A stretch of DNA of 64,000 nucleotides from Sedimentisphaerales bacterium (lineage in GTDB: Bacteria > Planctomycetota > Phycisphaerae > Sedimentisphaerales > SM23-30), in NCBI GenBank assembly GCA_963663805.2, contig CAXXMR010000012.1:96001-160000 (forward strand), given 5' to 3'. Position 1 is the first letter of the stretch. Each line of letters opens with the position of its first letter. This document shows positions 20,360 to 28,198 of the stretch, piece by piece. The notes under the pieces are model-generated. The model searched no databases, was not told the origin of the DNA, and saw only the letters and a list, made by a program, of their open reading frames with translations. The position numbers and the translations under genes were made by a program.

Positions 20360-21613
20360 ATGAAATCACTCACCAAAACCATCACCCTGCTGACTCTAAT
20401 CCTCGCTTCAATTACCACCCTAACCGTCGCCGAAGATTGGCCCCAATGGCGCGGTCCCAACCGCGACGGCACATCATCAGAAACAAATCTGCTCAAAAAA
20501 TGGCCCGACGATGGCCCTAAACTCCTCTGGCACTTCGATGAACTCGGCGACGGCTACGCCTCACCCAGCACCTACAAAGGTAAAATCTACGTCCCCGGCA
20601 CCATCAACAAGCAGGGCTATCTCCACGCCTTCGATACCACCGGAAAACACCTCTGGAAACAACCCTACGGCTCGGAATGGACCAAATCATTCCCCGGCTC
20701 ACGCAGCACCCCCGCCCTCGACAACGACAAAGCCTACCTAATCTCCGGCCTCGGTGTCGCATACTGTCTCAATGCCGATAACGGCTCAATAATATGGTCG
20801 CAGGACATCTGCCAAAAATTCAAAGGCAAATCCGGTCGCTGGGGCTACGGCGTCGCTCCCCTGCTCTGCGACGACAAAGTAATCTTCTCGCCCGGCGGCC
20901 CCCAAACTGAAATTGTCGCCCTTGACAAAGACACCGGCGAGCTCATCTGGAAAACCCAAAGCACCAGCGAATCCGACGCCTACTGCCCACCCCTGGCTTT
21001 CACCCACGCCGACAAAAAATTCATCGTAACCCTGATGGAAAATTCCGTCTGGTTCATAAATGCCCAAGACGGCAAGCTAATCTATCGCGACCTGTTCTCC
21101 GAATATCAAGACCAACCTAAAGACATCAATCCTGTAATGCCCATCTATCACGACGGATGTGTTTTCACTACCAGCGGCTACGATTCCGGCAGTGCCATGT
21201 ACCAGCTTTCACCCGACGCCAAAACCATCACCCGAAAATGGACCCAGGACGCACTCGACACCCACCACGGTGGAGTCGTCCTGCTCGACGGTTATATCTA
21301 CGGTTCCAACTGGAAAGGCAATCGCGACGGCGACTGGCTCTGCCTCGACTGGAAAACCGGCAAAATAATGTACCAAACCCACTGGCAAAACAAAGGCTCA
21401 ATCATCGCCGCGGACAACATGCTTTATTGCTATGAGGAAAAAGACGGCAACCTCGCCCTAGTCCACGCCACCCCCGAAAAATTCGACCTCATCAGCTCAT
21501 TCCCAATAACCCGCGGCGGAGAACAGCACTGGGCCCACCCCGTCATCAGCAACAAAGTACTCTATATCCGCCACGGCAACGCCCTCATGGCCTACGACAT
21601 CGCCGCTCAATAA
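20360..21613 (+). CDS. Secreted PQQ-like beta-propeller protein
   Basis: Signal peptide, then EDWPQWRGPNRDG, WPDDGPKLLW and HWAHPVISNKVLYIRH. Confidence 0.88.
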   Translation: MKSLTKTITLLTLILASITTLTVAEDWPQWRGPNRDGTSSETNLLKKWPDDGPKLLWHFDELGDGYASPSTYKGKIYVPGTINKQGYLHAFDTTGKHLWKQPYGSEWTKSFPGSRSTPALDNDKAYLISGLGVAYCLNADNGSIIWSQDICQKFKGKSGRWGYGVAPLLCDDKVIFSPGGPQTEIVALDKDTGELIWKTQSTSESDAYCPPLAFTHADKKFIVTLMENSVWFINAQDGKLIYRDLFSEYQDQPKDINPVMPIYHDGCVFTTSGYDSGSAMYQLSPDAKTITRKWTQDALDTHHGGVVLLDGYIYGSNWKGNRDGDWLCLDWKTGKIMYQTHWQNKGSIIAADNMLYCYEEKDGNLALVHATPEKFDLISSFPITRGGEQHWAHPVISNKVLYIRHGNALMAYDIAAQ

Positions 21614-21619
21614 AATATA

Positions 21620-22396
21620 ATGAAATATTCAACCCAAATAATCTACTGTCACTGTGCCTACTACGACATCATACCCGTCGAACAAAAACAGCAGGCCCTC
21701 GACTTCCTGACCAAAAACAAACTCGCCGCCCAAACAATTCTCGACCTCTGCCAAATAACCGCCCAACATCCCGAACAGCTCAACCATCTGAAAACCTCAG
21801 ACCAAATTATAATCTTCGCCTGCCACCCTCGTGCCGTCCGCGCCCTGCTCAATTTCGCAGGCCTCGACCTGGCCCACAAAACAGTCAAAATTATCAACTT
21901 ACGCCAACCGCTCGCCCCTCAACTAAACAACCTCGACCCAAACACCTTACCCAAAACAAATCAACCACCCATCGACCCCAACTCCCAAACCCGCTCCACC
22001 TGGACTCCCTGGTTCCCAACCATCGACCGCGAACGCTGTACCAACTGCAAGCAATGCCTCAACTTCTGCCTCTTTGGTGTTTACTCTCTCGACAAAAACC
22101 AAAATGTAACCGTCACCAAGCCCGCCGCCTGCAAAACCAACTGTCCCGCCTGCGCTCGCGTCTGCCCAACCGCCGCCATCATCTTCCCCAAACACCCCGA
22201 CTCCCCCATCAACGGAGCCGAACCACAAAATAACCCGCATACAAATCCTGTCGACCCCACCGACATCCTCCAGAAAATCCGCAACCGCGACACCAATCTA
22301 AAAGATTCACTCGGCATCCCCGACGACGTAATCAACAGCCTCACTCCTCACGACCTCGCCCGCCTTAACAAAAAGCACAAGGACAACCATGACTGA
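21620..22396 (+). CDS. Ferredoxin-domain protein with HdrA N-terminal-like domain
   Basis: YCHC...DLC...IFACHPR...AGL...INLRQ, then CTNCKQCLNFC and CKTNCPACARVCP. Confidence 0.75.
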   Translation: MKYSTQIIYCHCAYYDIIPVEQKQQALDFLTKNKLAAQTILDLCQITAQHPEQLNHLKTSDQIIIFACHPRAVRALLNFAGLDLAHKTVKIINLRQPLAPQLNNLDPNTLPKTNQPPIDPNSQTRSTWTPWFPTIDRERCTNCKQCLNFCLFGVYSLDKNQNVTVTKPAACKTNCPACARVCPTAAIIFPKHPDSPINGAEPQNNPHTNPVDPTDILQKIRNRDTNLKDSLGIPDDVINSLTPHDLARLNKKHKDNHD

Positions 22397-23921
22397 CCCA
22401 AAACCCAATGTCATACTCGTTGCCGACCGCACCCTCTCCGGCGAATACAAAATCCTCTTCGAAGGCATTTTCGCCACCATGCAAAGCACGCATGTCCCCG
22501 AATTATTCATGCGTTACTTCGTCTCCCCCAAAGTAAAAACAGATTCAAACCATCGGGCCCAAAAAGCCCCTCTGGGACTCCGCCGCGTAGAATCCGCTCT
22601 CATCAACCTTACCGGCCTCACTCCCGAAAATGTAATCTGCACCACCCCCGAAGACCTGCCCAAACTTCTCGGCCCCCACATCGACATCGTCGCCTTCAGC
22701 TCCAGCGACCCACTCGGCATGGGCATGAGCAACACCACCACCAAAAACTTCTGGCCCGGCCAACTCTACACCAAACACTGGACCAGCCAAACCCTCAAAA
22801 TCCTCCACGACGCCAAACAAAAATATCATTTCAAAGTAATCGCCGGCGGCGCCGGTGCCTGGCAGTTCAAACAATACCCCGACCCCCTGGCCCATTCCAC
22901 CCTCGACCTCATCTTCGACGGCTACTTCGAAAACGCCGGTTCCCAACTCGTCACCGACATCATCAACCAAAAAACCGTCCCCAATTATTACCGAGAACCC
23001 GATTCCTGCGTCTCCCGCGTCCAGCCCATAACCGCCCCCACCGTTCTCGGCATCGTTGAAATCTCCCGCGGCTGCGGCAAAGGCTGTAAATTCTGCACCA
23101 TGGCCCACCAGAAAATGCAGCACCTCGAACCAGAACTCATCTGCCATGACATCGAAACCAATACCGCCGCTGACCAAAACACCATCGTCCTTGCCAGCGA
23201 AGACTTCTTCCGCTACGGTTCCCCCACCGGCCAACCCGACCCCAAACCCATCTTCGCCCTGCTCAAAAAAATCCAGAAAATCAAAAACCTCCGCTTCCTC
23301 CAGCTAGACCACGCCAACATCGCCACCGTCGCCCAGCTCAAACTCGACGACCTCAAACAAATCCGCCGACTGCTCACCTTCCAGCACAACCCCCGCTACC
23401 TCTGGGTCAACATGGGTATCGAAAGTGCCAACGGCCAACTCGTCGCCCTAAACTGCCCCGGCAAAACCACGCCCTATCCTCCCGACCAATGGGACAACAT
23501 TGTCCGCCAGACCGCCGAAAAAATGAACCACGCCGGGTTCTTCCCCGTCTTCAGCATCATCCTCGGCCTGCCCGGCGAAACCCCGAACGACCTCGAAAAA
23601 ACTTCTCGACTCATCGACCACCTCGACCGCACCGCCGCCGTAATCTTCCCCATCTTTTACGAACCCATCGACCCCCAACAAATCGCCGCCGGACAAAATT
23701 TCACCATCACCAAAATGACCCAACAGCACCTGGCCTTATATCAGAAATGCTATGAAATAAACTTCCGACGCGTACCCAAACTTTTCTGGGACAACCAAAC
23801 CGCCGCTGGCGAAAAATTCCTCAAAAAACTTTTCGTCCAGGCACTCGGCAAAATCGAAGTTGCCACCTGGCGCAGCAGCTTCCGCAAACTAAGAAAAAAT
23901 CTACCGGGCCAAACTAGATGA
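22389..23921 (+). CDS. Radical SAM protein with B12-binding-like N-terminal domain (Grs-like family)
   Basis: EISRGCGKGCKFC motif; ADRTL, APLGLRRVESAL, DPLGMG, GGAGAW, MGIES and IILGLPGET. Confidence 0.85.
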   Translation: MTDPKPNVILVADRTLSGEYKILFEGIFATMQSTHVPELFMRYFVSPKVKTDSNHRAQKAPLGLRRVESALINLTGLTPENVICTTPEDLPKLLGPHIDIVAFSSSDPLGMGMSNTTTKNFWPGQLYTKHWTSQTLKILHDAKQKYHFKVIAGGAGAWQFKQYPDPLAHSTLDLIFDGYFENAGSQLVTDIINQKTVPNYYREPDSCVSRVQPITAPTVLGIVEISRGCGKGCKFCTMAHQKMQHLEPELICHDIETNTAADQNTIVLASEDFFRYGSPTGQPDPKPIFALLKKIQKIKNLRFLQLDHANIATVAQLKLDDLKQIRRLLTFQHNPRYLWVNMGIESANGQLVALNCPGKTTPYPPDQWDNIVRQTAEKMNHAGFFPVFSIILGLPGETPNDLEKTSRLIDHLDRTAAVIFPIFYEPIDPQQIAAGQNFTITKMTQQHLALYQKCYEINFRRVPKLFWDNQTAAGEKFLKKLFVQALGKIEVATWRSSFRKLRKNLPGQTR

Positions 23922-25579
23922 ACCTCCCCAACAACACTTACCAAACATCCCCAGCCATCCCCTCAACACCCGAACTGCGTAACAACTTCCGAGAACTCGC
24001 CGCCCAATACACCCAGATAAACCAGCTCACCGGTCCTGTCACCCTTGACCAGCTCAAACACCACTGCCAAACCATCATCAGTCAGCACCATCTCCCGGCC
24101 CAATATCAGGACTTCCTCGCCATCTGCCTCAACAACCAAATCTGGCACGATGCCGTTGCCGCCGTCCCCTATAACCAGCGACTGCTCCTGCTGCCCAAAT
24201 GCCTCCGCCACTCCACCCGCTGCCCCGCCGATTTCGACCAGTACGGCCTCAAATGCCAAAACTGCGGACTCTGCCCCCTCGGCCCTCTCACCGACCAAGC
24301 CCGCCAACTCGGCTACACAATCCTCATCGCCGAAGGCTCACCCATTGTCATGTCCCTCATTACCTCCGGCCAAATCCACGCCCTCATCGGCGTAAGTTGC
24401 CTCGCCGTACTCGAACAAACCTTCCCATTCATCGAAGCTGCCGCCCTGCCCGCGCTCGCCCTGCCCCTCCTCTACGACGGCTGCACCGACACCACCCTCG
24501 ACCTGCCCTGGCTCGAAGAAGTTCTCACTAACTATCAAAACACCAAACAACCAACCCTAACACTAAACGACCTGAAGAACACCCTCAAACAACTCTTCAC
24601 CAAAGAAACACTCCAACCACTTTTTCCCGACCCCCAATCAGCTACCACCCAAATCGCCCTGGATTCACTCACCCACGAAGGCAAACGCTGGCGACCACTG
24701 CTCACCGCCGCCATTTACAACGCCCTGGCCCCCAACCCCCAAAAATTATTACCACCCGCACTCCGCGACATAGCCCTCGCCGTCGAATGTTTCCACAAAG
24801 CATCACTCATCCACGACGACATCGAAGACAACGACGACTACCGCTACAATCAGCCCACCCTACACAAAAACCACGGCACCGACATCGCCCTCAACATCGG
24901 CGACTATCTCATCGGCCAGGGCTACCATCTCATCGCCCAGGCCGACCTTTCCGACCATCAAAAAATAAAAATGCTCCAGGCTGCCGCTCACGCCCACACC
25001 CAACTAACCCTCGGACAGGGCCGAGAACTCTCCTGGCTCAAAAACCCATCACCACTGACCGTCCCAGAAATAATCGAAATCTTCGCCCAAAAAACCGCAC
25101 CCGCCTTCGAAGTCGCCCTCAAGCTCGGACTCTACCTCAACCCCGACCATCCACCTTTCGACAAACTCATCGAAAATTTCAGCCGTCAACTCGGTATCGC
25201 CTATCAAATCTGCGACGACCTCGCTGATTTCGACACCGCCGCTAATACCCGCCAACCACTCAAACTAAAACCATCGTTAATCTACGCCCTGGCCTGCCAA
25301 AACGCCTCACCAACCCAAAAGAAACTCCTCGAATCTGCCTGGCCCCAAACCAAACTCGACCCCGCCGACACAAACAAACTCCTCGAAACCTTCAACCAAC
25401 TCAACGTAAAAAAACAAGCCCTAACCCTGCTAAACTCACACAAACAAGACGCACTCAAAATCATTGCACCACTCAATCACCCTCAACTAAAACCACTCTT
25501 ACGTATAATCATAACTCGAATCTTCCACGAAATGGAATACCTGAGCTGCTGCCATGACTTTACGAACCGACATGATTAA
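23918..25579 (+). CDS. DUF116-like Cys-rich domain fused to trans-polyprenyl diphosphate synthase
   Basis: LLPKCLR...CP...CQNCGLC...GVSC...GC N-terminal domain; GKRWRP, IHDDIEDNDDYR (FARM), GQG, KTA and YQICDDLAD (SARM). Confidence 0.9.
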   Translation: MNLPNNTYQTSPAIPSTPELRNNFRELAAQYTQINQLTGPVTLDQLKHHCQTIISQHHLPAQYQDFLAICLNNQIWHDAVAAVPYNQRLLLLPKCLRHSTRCPADFDQYGLKCQNCGLCPLGPLTDQARQLGYTILIAEGSPIVMSLITSGQIHALIGVSCLAVLEQTFPFIEAAALPALALPLLYDGCTDTTLDLPWLEEVLTNYQNTKQPTLTLNDLKNTLKQLFTKETLQPLFPDPQSATTQIALDSLTHEGKRWRPLLTAAIYNALAPNPQKLLPPALRDIALAVECFHKASLIHDDIEDNDDYRYNQPTLHKNHGTDIALNIGDYLIGQGYHLIAQADLSDHQKIKMLQAAAHAHTQLTLGQGRELSWLKNPSPLTVPEIIEIFAQKTAPAFEVALKLGLYLNPDHPPFDKLIENFSRQLGIAYQICDDLADFDTAANTRQPLKLKPSLIYALACQNASPTQKKLLESAWPQTKLDPADTNKLLETFNQLNVKKQALTLLNSHKQDALKIIAPLNHPQLKPLLRIIITRIFHEMEYLSCCHDFTNRHD

Positions 25580-26393
25580 CAGTCTAACCGCCGGACTCGC
25601 CCAACTGCCCGACCGTCAACCCGCTATCCAACGCGCCATTCTGAAACACACCCACCCCAACGGTGCCTTCACCGGCCGTTCCCCCGACAGCGACCTCTAC
25701 TACACCATGTTTGCAGCCGAAATCCTACACACCTGCAAAGAACCAACCTTCCAACCAAAACTCATCTCCTGGCTCTCGCCCAACCAACCCAATTACACCA
25801 ACCTCGTAGAGTTTGCCTCACTCATCCGCCTCTACGCCAACTTCCTGCCCAACCAGCTCAACCCTCAAACCCCAAACTTCCGCGACCAGCTCCAACAACT
25901 ATTCACACCCAACATATATTCCTGCTTCCTCACCCTCGGTATCTGCCAGGATCTAAAAATACCTGTCCCCAATATCGACACCATCAGTCAATGCATCCAA
26001 ACCCTCCGCCTGCCCGACGGCTCCTACATCAATAGCCCCAAAATCCCCCTCGGTGCCGCACCCGTAACAGCCGCCGCCCTACTCACAAAATATCACCTCA
26101 CCAAAACCATAGACACCCAAACCGCCCAATGGCTCAAAGAACAGTTCCTCTCCACCGGAGGATGCAAAACCGTATCACTCGCCCCCAAACCCGACCTGCT
26201 CGCCACCGCCGTCGCCCTCCACGCCCTAAAAGTCACCCAGACCAACCTCACCGACATCGCGCCCACCACCCGCGCCTTCGTCCTCGCCCTCCAGAACCCA
26301 GAAGGAACCTTCAACCCCCAAACCGGCCTGAACGAAACCGACCCCGAATACACCTATTACGGCCTCATGGCCCTGGGAGACCTCCAGCCATGA
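25572..26393 (+). CDS. Prenyltransferase/squalene-oxidase repeat protein (GGTase beta-like single barrel)
   Basis: NGAFTGRSPDSDLYYT, PDGSY, PDLLATAVAL, QNPEGTF and DPEYTYYGL repeats; start ATG 25572. Confidence 0.8.
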   Translation: MINSLTAGLAQLPDRQPAIQRAILKHTHPNGAFTGRSPDSDLYYTMFAAEILHTCKEPTFQPKLISWLSPNQPNYTNLVEFASLIRLYANFLPNQLNPQTPNFRDQLQQLFTPNIYSCFLTLGICQDLKIPVPNIDTISQCIQTLRLPDGSYINSPKIPLGAAPVTAAALLTKYHLTKTIDTQTAQWLKEQFLSTGGCKTVSLAPKPDLLATAVALHALKVTQTNLTDIAPTTRAFVLALQNPEGTFNPQTGLNETDPEYTYYGLMALGDLQP

Positions 26394-28198
26394 CCGACAT
26401 CGCAACCCTCAACCAACGCTGCCAGACCGCCCTGCTCAATCAGCTAAACCCGCAAGGACACTGGACCGGATACCTCAGCTCCAGCCCACTCGCTACCGCC
26501 CTGGCTATCTACACCCTCAACCTCATCGACTCTGAAACCCACGCCCCACTCATCAAACCAGGCCTCAACTGGCTCATCCATAACAGCAATCCCGACTCAT
26601 CCTGGGGAGACACCACCGACAGCCCTGGCAACCTCAGCACCACCCTGATAACCCTCGCCGCCCTAAACACCATCGCCCCGCACGAACACGCAGCCACCAT
26701 CAAAAACACCCAACGCTGGCTCGCCACCCAAACCAAAAGTGAATCACCCCAGTCCCTCATCACCGCCGTCCACCAGAAATATAAAGACGACCACACCTTC
26801 GCCTCACCCATCCTCTCGGTCTGCGCCCTCGCCGGTCTGCTCGGCCCCACCAGACCTGCCTTCGCTCAAATCAAACCACTCCCCTTCGAAATCGCCCTGC
26901 TGCCCCACGCATTCTACAAAATCATCAAACTACCCGTCGTCAGCTACGCCCTGCCCGCCCTCATAGCACTCGGCCAACTACAGTTCCACCAACATAAACC
27001 CACCAACCCCATCACGCGTCTCATCCGCCACGCCGCCCGCCGCCGCACCCTCAAAAAACTCCAGACCATCCAGCCCAACCACGGCGGATTCCTCGAAGCC
27101 GTACCCCTAACCGCCTTTGTCGCCCTCAGCCTAACCACCGCAGGCCAATCCCAATCACCCATAACCCCAAAATGCCGTCTGTTCATCATCCAGTCCGCCC
27201 GCCCCGACGGCAGTTGGCCCATCGACACCAACCTTGCCACCTGGCTGACCACCCTCGCCATCAACGCCCTGACTCCCGCCGACCCCACCGCTACCTCACC
27301 TCTCACACTCAACCAGCGCCAAAACCTTCACAACTGGCTTATCGACCAGCAGTTCACCAACCCTCACCCCTACACCGCGGCACCGCCCGGAGGATGGTCC
27401 TGGACAAACCTGCCCGGCGCCGTACCTGACGCCGACGACACCGCCGGAGCACTGCTCGCCCTGGCCAACCTCGACATCACCACCAGCCAAACCCTCTCGG
27501 CCGTCGCCAATGGCATCACCTGGCTGCTAAATCTCCAAAACCCAGACGGCGGAATACCCACCTTCTGCCGCGGCTGGAACAAACTCGACTTCGACCGCAG
27601 CGCCCCTGACCTCACTGCCCACGCCCTTGCCGCCCTCAACCGCTGGCAAAACCAACTCAACCCCAATCTCAAATCCCGCATCCAGAAATTCACCACCCGC
27701 GCCCTGCAATACCTCCAAACCACCCAGGACTCTAACAATCTCTGGACCCCATTATGGTTCGGTAACGAACACCTCCCCCACCAGACCAACCCCGTCTTTG
27801 GCACCGCCCGCGTCATCTCCCACCTCTGCGACCCCCGCCTCAACCTAAATTTCCCACCCAAAAAAATCACCGACGCCCTCGAAACCATCCTCAAAGCCCA
27901 AAACCCCGACCACGGCTGGGGAAGACTCAACCCAAATCAGTCATCCATAGAAGAAACCGCCGCCGTCCTCGATGCCCTCGCTACCGCCCAGACCAACCCA
28001 AAACTCCAAAACCAACGACCCAACCTGAAACCCGCCCTAAAATCAGCCCTCGATTTCCTAACCCCCCTCCTGACCACCCCAACCAATCTAAACCCCGCAC
28101 CCATAGGACTATACTTCGCAAAACTTTGGTACCACGAAAAACTCTACCCTCTGATCTTCGCCGCCGCCGCCCTCAACAAACTGCATTCAACGATATAA
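26390..28198 (+). CDS. Squalene-hopene cyclase-like class II terpene cyclase
   Basis: Start ATG 26390 (ATGA overlap); GHWTGYLSSS, GGWSW..LPGAVPDADDTAGAL (DxDD), QW-like QNPDGG and QNPDHGW repeats. Confidence 0.88.
   Translation: MTDIATLNQRCQTALLNQLNPQGHWTGYLSSSPLATALAIYTLNLIDSETHAPLIKPGLNWLIHNSNPDSSWGDTTDSPGNLSTTLITLAALNTIAPHEHAATIKNTQRWLATQTKSESPQSLITAVHQKYKDDHTFASPILSVCALAGLLGPTRPAFAQIKPLPFEIALLPHAFYKIIKLPVVSYALPALIALGQLQFHQHKPTNPITRLIRHAARRRTLKKLQTIQPNHGGFLEAVPLTAFVALSLTTAGQSQSPITPKCRLFIIQSARPDGSWPIDTNLATWLTTLAINALTPADPTATSPLTLNQRQNLHNWLIDQQFTNPHPYTAAPPGGWSWTNLPGAVPDADDTAGALLALANLDITTSQTLSAVANGITWLLNLQNPDGGIPTFCRGWNKLDFDRSAPDLTAHALAALNRWQNQLNPNLKSRIQKFTTRALQYLQTTQDSNNLWTPLWFGNEHLPHQTNPVFGTARVISHLCDPRLNLNFPPKKITDALETILKAQNPDHGWGRLNPNQSSIEETAAVLDALATAQTNPKLQNQRPNLKPALKSALDFLTPLLTTPTNLNPAPIGLYFAKLWYHEKLYPLIFAAAALNKLHSTI

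Noticed and set aside
4991..21613. PQQ-dependent dehydrogenases
   Set aside because: Only generic propeller repeats; no quinoprotein catalytic motifs recognised and no pqq genes in the window
26129..26389. 87-aa N-terminal extension of the cyclase ORF in the track
   Set aside because: Low-complexity R/P shadow translation overlapping the upstream gene; ATG 26390 gives a normal ATGA overlap
14700..28000. Many overlapping P/S/T/R-rich and G/V-rich alternative ORFs
   Set aside because: Expected by-products of the extreme skew, which removes stop codons in other frames; no motifs or RBS
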